DNA of 64,000 nucleotides, from NCBI GenBank assembly GCA_031459875.1, contig JAVKHQ010000007.1, positions 12,530-76,529 on the forward strand, read 5' to 3'. The notes under the pieces are model-generated. The model was not told where the DNA came from. It made no database searches and saw only the letters and a program-made list of their open reading frames with translations. This document shows, in pieces, positions 41,135 through 49,746 of this stretch (positions within the stretch are counted from its first letter, which is position 1; each line of letters opens with the position of its first letter). The DNA is from Candidatus Fervidifonticultor sextus. Lineage in GTDB: Bacteria; Sysuimicrobiota; Sysuimicrobiia; Sysuimicrobiales; Humicultoraceae. Both the position numbers and the translations under genes were made by a program.

Positions 41135-42550
41135 TCACGCGAAGACCCGGGGCTCGATCCCGGTCATCCTGCAGAACCACACCAGGTCGTCCACGTAGTT
41201 GCCGTAGACGCCGTGGATGTGGTTGGAGTCGTACTCGCCGAGGAACTCTTCGGCCGACACCTTGAACCTGGCGAAGGCGTGCGGCCATTCGGGTGTGGTG
41301 GCCCTGGCCCGGGCGGCCGCCTCCTCCGGGACGAACTGCAGGAACTCGCCCGGCACGATGGCCATCCAGTACCGGCCGTTGCGCCGCGCCAGCCGCGCCA
41401 GGGTCACCTCGCCGGGGGCCGCAATGTGCATCACGGAGGCGCCACCGGCCGGGAAGTAGATGATCGCCGGGTAGAGGTGCACGTGGGGGAGGTTGACCGC
41501 CGGGTCAAAGGACCGGCCGGCGAAGTAGGTGGCGTGCTGGCCGGAGTTGACCAGGTCCCACACATCGTCGGCGGCGTCGTAGTGGCGGACGTCGGCGAAG
41601 AGCACCGGAGTCCCGGCGAGGTGCTTGAAGATCTCCATCGTGAGCGCGCCGTCGCTGTCGGCCTCGGTGGCGCACACGATGGGGTCGTGGGGACCTTCCC
41701 AGTCGTAGGGGTCGTTGAGGAACGCCTCGGCCACGTCCATGGTGGCGAAGTGGTTGGTCATCTCCGGCTGGCCCTTGATGCCGCAGAAGTCCAGCCGCCA
41801 CTCGTCGATGATCTCGCGCACCGCGTGGTAGGACTTGATCTGGCGGCGCAGGAGGTCGGGGGTGAGCTTGCGCCCGTCGTAGTGGATCGTGGCGCCGTGC
41901 CGCTGGAGCCAGGCGATGCCGGCGTCCGCGCGACTGTCGGGAATGGCCTCCGCGCGCCGGATGATCTCGAACTGGTCGATGTGCTCGATGTCGACCCCGA
42001 ACTCCCGCCGCCACTGGTCCAGCGCCGGCACGGCGGTGTACATGCCCATGGATCGGCCGCCGATGACCCCGTACACCTCGCCTCGCAGCCGGTTCTTCGC
42101 CACCGCCGGCCGCAGGAAGCGCAGCACCCGCTCGAAGACCCCCTCGTCGTCAATGTCGCCCGAGACGCGGCCGCAGAAGGCGCCCACCTGGTCGAGGCTG
42201 CCGGCGGCGGCCAGCATCGCCACCAGCCCCGGATACTGGGGGTTCACGTTGCTGAACAGGAGGATCGGGCCGGGGACGAACTGCGCGGCGATGGCCGAGT
42301 AGTGGGGCCACGCCCAGATGGCGTAGTTGAAGACCGTGGCCTCGACACCCTGGGCGGCCAGGTACCGGCCCTCGCTGGCCGCCAGATCGGTGGTCCACAC
42401 GATCTCGCGCCCGGTCACCACCTCCCACCCGACGGTCCGCAGCCGCGCGGCCAGGCGGTCCTGGAACTGCCGGGTCATCGGGAGCAGTTCGGCGTGCACG
42501 TGGGGCCGGCCGTCGGAGAACGTCAGGATGCCGACCTTGGGGCTCCGCAT
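41135..42550 (-). CDS. L-fucose/L-arabinose isomerase-family protein
   Basis: FSDGRP, ATEADSDGALTM, FADVRH, NSGQHAT, WPHAF, NHIHGVYG; 471 aa, shorter than canonical FucI. Confidence 0.82.
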   Translation of the reverse strand: MRSPKVGILTFSDGRPHVHAELLPMTRQFQDRLAARLRTVGWEVVTGREIVWTTDLAASEGRYLAAQGVEATVFNYAIWAWPHYSAIAAQFVPGPILLFSNVNPQYPGLVAMLAAAGSLDQVGAFCGRVSGDIDDEGVFERVLRFLRPAVAKNRLRGEVYGVIGGRSMGMYTAVPALDQWRREFGVDIEHIDQFEIIRRAEAIPDSRADAGIAWLQRHGATIHYDGRKLTPDLLRRQIKSYHAVREIIDEWRLDFCGIKGQPEMTNHFATMDVAEAFLNDPYDWEGPHDPIVCATEADSDGALTMEIFKHLAGTPVLFADVRHYDAADDVWDLVNSGQHATYFAGRSFDPAVNLPHVHLYPAIIYFPAGGASVMHIAAPGEVTLARLARRNGRYWMAIVPGEFLQFVPEEAAARARATTPEWPHAFARFKVSAEEFLGEYDSNHIHGVYGNYVDDLVWFCRMTGIEPRVFA

Positions 42551-42591
42551 GAGCGACCTCCGCTTCCCCGCGGCGCAGTGCCGGCGGGTAG

Positions 42592-42604
42592 GAGAACGTT
42601 ATCA
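42592..42604. promoter_or_regulatory. LacI-type operator, copy 1
   Basis: GAGAACGTTATCA, palindromic AACGTT core; identical copy at 42715-42727. Confidence 0.75.
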
Positions 42605-42714
42605 GAGTCCTGGAGGAGCATTCGCGGCCAGCAGGGGGATTCCTGCCTCGCCCGCCGGACCCGGGCTCCGGCGGCCGGGACGGAAGGAACCGCTCCTGAG
42701 CAGGTGGAAGTCAA

Positions 42715-42727
42715 GAGAACGTTATCA
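42715..42727. promoter_or_regulatory. LacI-type operator, copy 2
   Basis: GAGAACGTTATCA ending 1 nt before the regulator ATG. Confidence 0.75.
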
Positions 42728-42728
42728 C

Positions 42729-43757
42729 ATGCCTACCATCCGCGACGTCGCCCGCCGCGCCGGGGTCTCGGTGGCGGCCGCCGCCCGCGCCCTCGGCGGC
42801 TACGGTTACACCAGTGCAGCCACGCGGGAAAAGGTGCTGCGTGCAGCCCAAGCCCTCGACTACCACCCCAACGCCATCGCCCGCAGCATGATCAAGGGAC
42901 GCACGCAGACCCTGGGCGTGATCGTCTCCGACAACGCCAACCCGTTCTTCGCCTCGGTGGTGCGCGGCATCGAGGACGCGGTCCTGGGCCAGGGCTACGC
43001 CATCGTCCTCTGCAACGCCGACGAGGATCCGGCCAAGGAGGCGATCTACCTCCGGACAGTCCGCCAGAAGCGCGTCGACGGCCTGGTCATCTCGCCGTCG
43101 GGCGGGTCGGCGGCGGCCCTGCGGGGTCTGATGGACAGCGGGACCTCCATCGTCCAGGTGGACCGTCGCCTGCCCCGGCTGGCAGCGGATGCCGTGCTCA
43201 CCGACAACCGGGCAGGCGTGCGCGCGGCCGTCGAGCACCTGATCCGTCTCGGCCACCGTCGCATCGGTATCCTCAGCGGCCCGCGGCGGCTCTACACCGG
43301 CCGCGAGCGCCTGGAAGGCTATCTGGCTACCATGCGGGATGCCGGGCTCCCGGTGGCGGACGGGTGGGTCCAGGAGGGCAACTTCAAGGAAGCGAGCGGC
43401 TACGAACTGGTCGGCCGCTTCCTGGGACTTCGCCGCCGGCCCACGGCCATCTTCATCGCCAACAACCTGATGACCATCGGCGCGCTGCTGGGCCTCAAAG
43501 AGGCCGGCGTGCGGATTCCGGAGGAGATGGCCGTGGTGGGCTTCGACGACATGGACTGGGCGCCGATCCTCACCCCACCGCTGACGGCCGTGGCCCAGCC
43601 CGGGTATCACCTGGGGGCGACGGCGGGCCGGCTCCTGCTGGAACGACTGGCCCAATCCTACCGGGGCAGGCCCCGCACCGTCGTCTTCCAGCCCCGACTG
43701 GTCGTCCGGGAATCCTGCGGCGCGCCCCTGCGCCAGGGCCCCGGGGTCAGGCGCTGA
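42729..43757 (+). CDS. LacI-family transcriptional regulator
   Basis: TIRDVARRAGVS HTH, YHPNAIARSM, NPFF, VVGFDD, LTAVAQP. Confidence 0.95.
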   Translation: MPTIRDVARRAGVSVAAAARALGGYGYTSAATREKVLRAAQALDYHPNAIARSMIKGRTQTLGVIVSDNANPFFASVVRGIEDAVLGQGYAIVLCNADEDPAKEAIYLRTVRQKRVDGLVISPSGGSAAALRGLMDSGTSIVQVDRRLPRLAADAVLTDNRAGVRAAVEHLIRLGHRRIGILSGPRRLYTGRERLEGYLATMRDAGLPVADGWVQEGNFKEASGYELVGRFLGLRRRPTAIFIANNLMTIGALLGLKEAGVRIPEEMAVVGFDDMDWAPILTPPLTAVAQPGYHLGATAGRLLLERLAQSYRGRPRTVVFQPRLVVRESCGAPLRQGPGVRR

Positions 43758-43907
43758 GGCCCCCTCCCCCGCGGGCGACCCGGGGCCGGCCCCCGCGTCT
43801 GAGAGACGCCTAAACCGGCCGGGTTTTGGGCAAATTCCCTCTGCCTGGCCAGGATGGGGATGGACCGCGGGCTCGCCAGCGCCGGACTCGACCGGGAGTG
43901 GTGGGCT

Positions 43908-44330
43908 ATGCGCGCAAGGCGAGCGCAAGCCGGGCTGAGTCTGATCGAGGTCACCGTGGTGGGCGCCGTCGCCGCGGTGGTTCTCGTGGCCTCGATCGGC
44001 CAGTACCGGGAGTTCGTCAGCAACCAGCGGCTGAATGCCTGGGCGGAGACCATCGCTACAGATCTCCGGGCCGCCCAGCAGCTCAGCGTGGCCAGACGTG
44101 AGACGGTCGTCGCGGTCTTCGCCCCGAACCTCTACGCCATCCGCATCGGCGGCACCGACGTCAAGGTCGGCACCCTTCCTCCGGACCTCGTCAGCTCCTC
44201 AGAGACCGTCACCTTCACGACCCTCGGGACGACCTCGAATGCGGGGACCATCACGCTGCGCAGCACGATGACCAACCGGACCAAGCAGATTTCCATCTCG
44301 TCATCCACGGGGCGCATCAGAATCGACTGA
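43908..44330 (+). CDS. Type IV minor pilin, FimT/GspH-like
   Basis: Class III prepilin site AG/LSLIE followed by a hydrophobic helix; C-terminal TGRIRID. Confidence 0.78.
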   Translation: MRARRAQAGLSLIEVTVVGAVAAVVLVASIGQYREFVSNQRLNAWAETIATDLRAAQQLSVARRETVVAVFAPNLYAIRIGGTDVKVGTLPPDLVSSSETVTFTTLGTTSNAGTITLRSTMTNRTKQISISSSTGRIRID

Positions 44331-44344
44331 CGGACGGTGCGGGC

Positions 44345-44770
44345 ATGATCTCCAGACGGGCACAGGCGTGCCGCCGGTCAGGCGGCCAGCGGGGGTTTAC
44401 CCTGATCGAGGTGATGATCGGCATGCTCCTGCTGGCATCCATCGTGGTCATGTTGGCCCAGGGCTACATGGCCGCGCTCAGCCGGGCCGGGGAGACCGGC
44501 GACCACACCATGGCGGCGGCGTGGGCGCAGGCCATGGTGGACTACCTCCGCAACCAGGGCTATGGGGTCAGCGGTTCCTGGAGCGAGACGCCGGCGGCCT
44601 GCGCCGCGCCCAAACCGTGCCTCCCCCCCGTGTTCAGCCGCGCCGACATCGTCGTCAGCAACACCGGGATCCCGTCCCTCAAGCAGATCGACATCACCCT
44701 CTACCGGATGGGGTCGGGGTCGCCCTTCATGGCGCTCTCCACGTACGCCGCGGACCTGAGGTTTCCGTGA
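44345..44770 (+). CDS. Type IV minor pilin, PilV/GspI-like
   Basis: RG/FTLIEVMIGMLLL. Confidence 0.8.
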   Translation: MISRRAQACRRSGGQRGFTLIEVMIGMLLLASIVVMLAQGYMAALSRAGETGDHTMAAAWAQAMVDYLRNQGYGVSGSWSETPAACAAPKPCLPPVFSRADIVVSNTGIPSLKQIDITLYRMGSGSPFMALSTYAADLRFP

Positions 44771-45459
44771 TGCGGCGGACCATGGCAGGCCGGACCGGGC
44801 GCGGCGAGCGGGGGCTCACCCTTGTCGAAGTCATCGCCGCCATGGCGATCGGCTCATTGGTGCTCTCGACGATCTACCTGGCGCTGGGCACGGCGATCAA
44901 GGCCCGCCTCCTGGTGTGGAGCCAGGTGCACAACCAGCAGCACGGCCGCCTGGTCATCCAGTGGATGGCCGACCGCCTGCGCCAGGCCGGCTACGCCGTC
45001 AGCCCGGCCAGCCCGCTGCCGCGCTGCCAGGACGCGCTGGTCGCCGAGGATCCGGCGCTGCGCCCCACCGCCTCTCAGATCTACTTCAACACGGACCTGG
45101 ACGGCGCAGGGGCCGGCGCCCCGACGCAGACCATCGGGTTCCGCGTGGGCAGGGAGAGCGCGGGTGGGACCATGGTCAATGTGGTCGAGGAGTCGGTGGC
45201 CGACTGCACAAGCGGCGCCCCCTCACGGGTTTCCAGCGTGACCGACCCAACCTCCGTGGCCATCGCCTCGCTGACGTTTGACTACTACGATGCCAGCGGG
45301 ACCCCGGTCACCGACCTCGCGACGCCAGACAGCATTCGGACGATCCGCATGGTCCGCATTACCCTGGTCGAGCAGGCCTCGGCCGGCTCGCTGGGTCCCA
45401 GGGGGCAGACATGGAGCGTACTCGTCTCGCTACGGAATCCGGACCCGCGCAACCCGTGA
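44770..45459 (+). CDS. Type IV minor pilin, PilW/GspJ-like
   Basis: RG/LTLVEVIAAMAI, DRLRQAGY, C-terminal VSLRNP. Confidence 0.8.
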   Translation: MRRTMAGRTGRGERGLTLVEVIAAMAIGSLVLSTIYLALGTAIKARLLVWSQVHNQQHGRLVIQWMADRLRQAGYAVSPASPLPRCQDALVAEDPALRPTASQIYFNTDLDGAGAGAPTQTIGFRVGRESAGGTMVNVVEESVADCTSGAPSRVSSVTDPTSVAIASLTFDYYDASGTPVTDLATPDSIRTIRMVRITLVEQASAGSLGPRGQTWSVLVSLRNPDPRNP

Positions 45460-46760
45460 GCCGGGGGCGTCCGGCCCCCCGCGGCGAACGGGGGAACGTC
45501 CTGTTGATCATCCTGGTGTTCCTGGTGGCAGGCGGGGTCCTGGCCATGGGCCTCCTCAACAGCCTGCTGGGAGAGATCCAGGGGGGCCTGTCCTACCGCC
45601 ATGCGGTCCAGGCCCTGTCGGTCGCCGAGGCCGGCGTGCACTACGCGGCCGCCAGGGTCAATGAGGCAGGCGGCGCCGCGTATGCCGGCGAGACCGACCG
45701 CTGGGTCTCGCACCCCCTCCAGGGGAACGTCGGCCTGTTCGATGTCACGGTGCGGTGCTCCGACGGCACGGTCCCGGGGAATCCCAGCCCCTGTGCAGGC
45801 GCTCCCCAACCCAACGTGCGCGTCGTCACCTCGACTGGGTACGTGCCGAGCAAGGCGATCCCGCTGGGGCGCCGCACCGTGGTCACCACCATCCGGCAGC
45901 AGATCCTCACCTCTTTGCAGTACGCGGTCTGCGGGGAGGATGGGGTGACCCTCAACCAGAGCACCAGCACCTACGGCGACGTGGGCAGCAACCGCAACAT
46001 CACCCTGCTGGGCCCGCCCCAGACGCCTGGATCGCTGGCGCGCATCTACGCCTTTGCCGGCCAGCGAGGCGACGCCACCGCCGGCGGCGCGGTGGCCTGC
46101 TCGGCGTCGTGCGGGCCGTCCTACTACCAGGTCCAGGGGACCGCGACGAGCTACGGGACCCCGGGCCGCCAGGTCTGCCCGGTGCTGCCGTCCTTCGCGT
46201 GCACCCCGGGCACACGAGACGAGATCCGCGGCGCCGGGGCGAGCCTGGTGATCAGCGCGGCGAACGGCAACACGGCGCTGCGCAACGTCAGCCTGGGGAG
46301 GAACTCCACCCTGACCTTCCAGACCACCGGCCCCAACGAGACCCTCGTCGTCCAGATGAACAGCCTGACGGTCGGGCAGAACAGCCGCGTGCGCGTGACC
46401 GGAGGCGGCAAGGTGGTCCTGCACCTGGCCGACCGCTCGACGATCAACCAGGGCACGCTCTTCGGCGTCGACGCCACCGATGTCGGCATCGAGCCCGGCC
46501 GCTTCCTGATCCAGAGCTGCGCGACGGACGGGGGGGCCAACGAGTTCGCCCTGGAGTTCCACCAGACCGGCGGCATCTACGCCATCCTGTTCGCGCCGAA
46601 CGGGACGGTGCAGCTGGACCAGGCGAACCTCTCCCGCGGGGCGATCTCTTCGCGTTACGTGCAGTTTGATCAAGGTACCGACTTCCGGTACGACACCACC
46701 GGCCTGGCCATCAGCGCCGGCCCCTACAACACCATCGCGGCCTGGCGGGAGCAGCCGTAG
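45456..46760 (+). CDS. PilX/GspK-like protein with extended beta-rich C-terminal domain
   Basis: RG/NVLLIILVFL lacking Glu5 (PilX hallmark), ALSVAEAGV, VTSTG, ends AWREQP; GTGA overlap. Confidence 0.75.
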   Translation: MSRGRPAPRGERGNVLLIILVFLVAGGVLAMGLLNSLLGEIQGGLSYRHAVQALSVAEAGVHYAAARVNEAGGAAYAGETDRWVSHPLQGNVGLFDVTVRCSDGTVPGNPSPCAGAPQPNVRVVTSTGYVPSKAIPLGRRTVVTTIRQQILTSLQYAVCGEDGVTLNQSTSTYGDVGSNRNITLLGPPQTPGSLARIYAFAGQRGDATAGGAVACSASCGPSYYQVQGTATSYGTPGRQVCPVLPSFACTPGTRDEIRGAGASLVISAANGNTALRNVSLGRNSTLTFQTTGPNETLVVQMNSLTVGQNSRVRVTGGGKVVLHLADRSTINQGTLFGVDATDVGIEPGRFLIQSCATDGGANEFALEFHQTGGIYAILFAPNGTVQLDQANLSRGAISSRYVQFDQGTDFRYDTTGLAISAGPYNTIAAWREQP

Positions 46761-46774
46761 CGGCTCCCGCGACC

Positions 46775-46815
46775 GGCCCGGCACGCCGTTGACCTCCCCG
46801 GCGGCGTGCCGGGCC
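46775..46815. terminator. Perfect 14-bp inverted repeat downstream of the pilin cluster
   Basis: GGCCCGGCACGCCG/CGGCGTGCCGGGCC with a 13-nt loop. Confidence 0.55.
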
Positions 46816-46896
46816 ACTTCACCAGGCAGGAATTCTGCTGCGCAATCCGTAATTCACCAACTCGTCTGTTCCTGAATCCTCAACCAGGGGGGGCTG

Positions 46897-47670
46897 GTGC
46901 GCGGCCTCTATCTGATTCCCGGTGCCATATCCCGCAGGGAGGGCGGGGCCGCTGAACTGGCGCGGCGGGCTGCCGTCGTCCAGCGCCTAGCCAATGCGGG
47001 CTGGACCATGGACACCTGGGAGGTCACTGCAGGGCCGGCGTCCATCGAGTCCGCCTACGAGGAGTACCTCGCGGTGCCCGGCGCCATCGAGCGGCTAGTC
47101 GAGGCCGAGCGCGCGGGGTTCGACGGCGCGATTTTGGGCTGCTTTGGCGATCCGGGGCTGGAGGCCGCCCGGGAGATGGTGAGCATCCCGGTCACCGGCC
47201 CCGGGGAAGCCTCCATGCTCTTCGCCGCCACGCTGGGGCACCGGTTCAGCATCGTGACCGTCCTGGACACCGTCTGTGCCCTGCTGGAGCGGCTGGCCTG
47301 GCAGGTCGGCGTAGACCGGAAACTGGCCTCGGTGCGGGCGATCGACGTCCCGGTGCTGGACCTCGACCGCGACCCCAAGGAGACCTTTGCCCGCATGGTC
47401 CGCGAGGCCGAGGCGGCCCGCGACCGCGATCGCGCCGACGTCATCGTCATGGGCTGCATGACGATGGCCTTCCAGGAGCGCCAGGCGGAGATGGCGCGCC
47501 TGCTGGGGATCCCCGTCGTCAACCCGCTGCACGCCGCGGTGAAGATGATGCAGGCCCTCGCCGAGCTCGGGCTGCGCCACAGCCGGCGGGCCTATCCGAC
47601 CCCGCCGAAGCTGCGACAGCAGGCTGCGGCCACCGGACCCGGAGGAGTCACCCCGCGTGGGGCGCGCTGA
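46897..47670 (+). CDS. Asp/Glu/hydantoin racemase family (allantoin/hydantoin racemase-like)
   Basis: GPASIES, ILGCFGDPG, VMGCMTM (two catalytic Cys). Confidence 0.88.
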   Translation: MRGLYLIPGAISRREGGAAELARRAAVVQRLANAGWTMDTWEVTAGPASIESAYEEYLAVPGAIERLVEAERAGFDGAILGCFGDPGLEAAREMVSIPVTGPGEASMLFAATLGHRFSIVTVLDTVCALLERLAWQVGVDRKLASVRAIDVPVLDLDRDPKETFARMVREAEAARDRDRADVIVMGCMTMAFQERQAEMARLLGIPVVNPLHAAVKMMQALAELGLRHSRRAYPTPPKLRQQAAATGPGGVTPRGAR

Positions 47671-48154
47671 CCGGCTCGATGCCCTCGACCAGAGCATCAT
47701 CCGCTGCCTCCAGCGCGACGGCCGGACCAGCTACAGCGCCATGGCCAAACTGCTGGGGGTCACCGAGGGCACGGTGCGTAACCGGGTGGCCCGCCTGCTG
47801 GCCGACCGCGTCATCCGCGTCGTGGGCGTGGCGGACCTCTTCAAGGTCGGCATGCACGCCGCCGCCATCACCGGCATCAACGTCCAGCGCCACAAGATGA
47901 AGCAGGCGCTGTCGCGCCTGATGGAGATGCCCGAGGTCCGCTACATCGCCGTGACCACCGGCGCCTTCGACATCATCATCGAGGTGGTGCTGCCCGACAC
48001 CGACGCGCTCCACGACTTCCTGGTGGACCGCCTGGCGGGCGTGCCGGGGTTGCTGCGGACCGACACCTCCATGATCCTCAAGATCCACAAGCAGAGCTAC
48101 ACCTGGCTCCCGGAGCCGGACGGCGCGCGCCCGCTCCCAAGAGGCGCGCGATGA
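47657..48154 (+). CDS. Lrp/AsnC-family transcriptional regulator
   Basis: LDALDQSIIRCLQRDGRTSY, TVRNRVARL, TGAFDI. Confidence 0.92.
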   Translation: MGRADRLDALDQSIIRCLQRDGRTSYSAMAKLLGVTEGTVRNRVARLLADRVIRVVGVADLFKVGMHAAAITGINVQRHKMKQALSRLMEMPEVRYIAVTTGAFDIIIEVVLPDTDALHDFLVDRLAGVPGLLRTDTSMILKIHKQSYTWLPEPDGARPLPRGAR

Positions 48155-48167
48155 GGGGGGAGAGCAC

Positions 48168-49745
48168 GTGCGAGAGCGACGAGGGATGGCAGTCCTGCTG
48201 GGGCTCGCCCTGGTGGCCGGGACCTTGCTGCCGGCGGCCGGCGGGCCGGCCGCCGCTGGCGGCGTGGTGTTCCCCATCGTGGGGGACCCGATCTTCAACC
48301 CATGGCACCCGCGGGCGTTCATCGAGTCAATTCCTCCCAACCGGGTCCTCTTCAACGGGCTGACGAAAATCGGCAAAGACCGCCAGCCCGCGCCCGACCT
48401 GGCCGAGCGGTGGGAGATCTCGCCCGACGGGCTGGTCTGGACGTTCCACCTGCGCAGGGGCGTCAAGTGGCACGACGGCCGCGACTTCACCGCCGACGAC
48501 GTGAAGTTCACCTACGACCTCGTCATCAACCCGCGCCTGGGGGCCCAGAACGCCGGGGCGTTCCGGGCCCTCAAGGAAGTCAGGGTCGTCGATGCCAGCA
48601 CCGTGCAGCTGGTGCTGGAGACGCCCGTGGCGAGCCTGGGCGCGCTGGTGGCCACCAACGCCGGGATTATCCCCCGTCACGGCTTTGCCGGCGTGAGCGA
48701 CCCCTGGACCCACGACGCCTTCAACAAGCGGGCGCCCGTCGGCACCGGCGCCTTCAAGATCCGGCAGTACGTGGCGGGGTCGTTCGTGGTGCTGGAGCGC
48801 AACCCGGCCTACTTTGCCGGCGCGCCCACCATCGAGACGGTCACCTTCAAGGTCCTGCCTGACGTGAACGCCCAGGTGGCCCAGTTGCTTGCCGGCGACC
48901 TGACGCTCATCTTCATCGACAACCCGGCGCTGGTCCGGGCCGTCCAGCGGAATCCCAACGTGGAGATCTCCACGGTCCCCGAGGCCACCTTCTACTGGGT
49001 CGCCCCGCACTTCGGTAACCGGCTCTTCCAGGACCGGCGCGTGCGGCAGGCCATCATGCACTCGTGGGATCGCCCGGCCATGATCAGGGGATTCCTGGAA
49101 GGCTTCGCGACCCCGGCCAGCGGGCCGATCTCCCCGGCGCTGGGCACCTACTACAACCCCAACGTGAAGACCTACGAATTCGACAGGGCCAAGGCCCGGG
49201 CGCTGCTGGCCGAGGCCGGCTGGCAGATGGGCCCCGACGGCGTCCTGGTCAAGGACGGCCAGCGGTTCCGCGTCACGCTCACCTACCCCACCGTGCAGTA
49301 CTTCGAGCCCCTGGCCGCGTTGATCCAGCAGTACCTGCGGGCGGTGGGCATCGAGGTCGCCCTCGACGGCCTGGAGTTCAACCAGTTCATCGCCCAGCGC
49401 TTCCTGCCCAAGCGCTACGAACTCATTGCCGGATGGTGGCGGTATCCGCCCGATCCGGACATGTTCCCCTACCTCCACAGCAGCAACGCCGAGCGCGGGT
49501 TCAACGTGCCGGCCTACAGGAATGCCGAGGTGGACCGGTGGCTCGAGGAAGGCCGCAAGGCCACCACGGCGCGCGACCGCCAGCGCGCCTACGCCAGGCT
49601 CCAGGAACTGGTCGCCGAGGATCTGCCCTACCTCTACCTCTGGTGGCCGAACGAGATCCGGGCGATCAGCAAGCGCCTCAAGGGCGTGCCATCCATCGGG
49701 CTGCGGGACGGCTTCCAGTACATGCACGAGTGGAGGCTGGAGTAG
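48168..49745 (+). CDS. Peptide/nickel ABC transporter substrate-binding protein (family 5)
   Basis: PDLAERWEIS, GVKWHDG, FTADDVKFT, PVGTGAF, RVRQAI. Confidence 0.92.
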   Translation: MRERRGMAVLLGLALVAGTLLPAAGGPAAAGGVVFPIVGDPIFNPWHPRAFIESIPPNRVLFNGLTKIGKDRQPAPDLAERWEISPDGLVWTFHLRRGVKWHDGRDFTADDVKFTYDLVINPRLGAQNAGAFRALKEVRVVDASTVQLVLETPVASLGALVATNAGIIPRHGFAGVSDPWTHDAFNKRAPVGTGAFKIRQYVAGSFVVLERNPAYFAGAPTIETVTFKVLPDVNAQVAQLLAGDLTLIFIDNPALVRAVQRNPNVEISTVPEATFYWVAPHFGNRLFQDRRVRQAIMHSWDRPAMIRGFLEGFATPASGPISPALGTYYNPNVKTYEFDRAKARALLAEAGWQMGPDGVLVKDGQRFRVTLTYPTVQYFEPLAALIQQYLRAVGIEVALDGLEFNQFIAQRFLPKRYELIAGWWRYPPDPDMFPYLHSSNAERGFNVPAYRNAEVDRWLEEGRKATTARDRQRAYARLQELVAEDLPYLYLWWPNEIRAISKRLKGVPSIGLRDGFQYMHEWRLE

Positions 49746-49746
49746 T

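Noticed and set aside
43790-43870. c-di-GMP-I riboswitch-like words (GCCTAAAC, GGGCAAA) upstream of the pilin cassette
   Set aside because: The elements are in the wrong order and the GACGCAAAGC/P2 architecture is missing; an Infernal search would settle it
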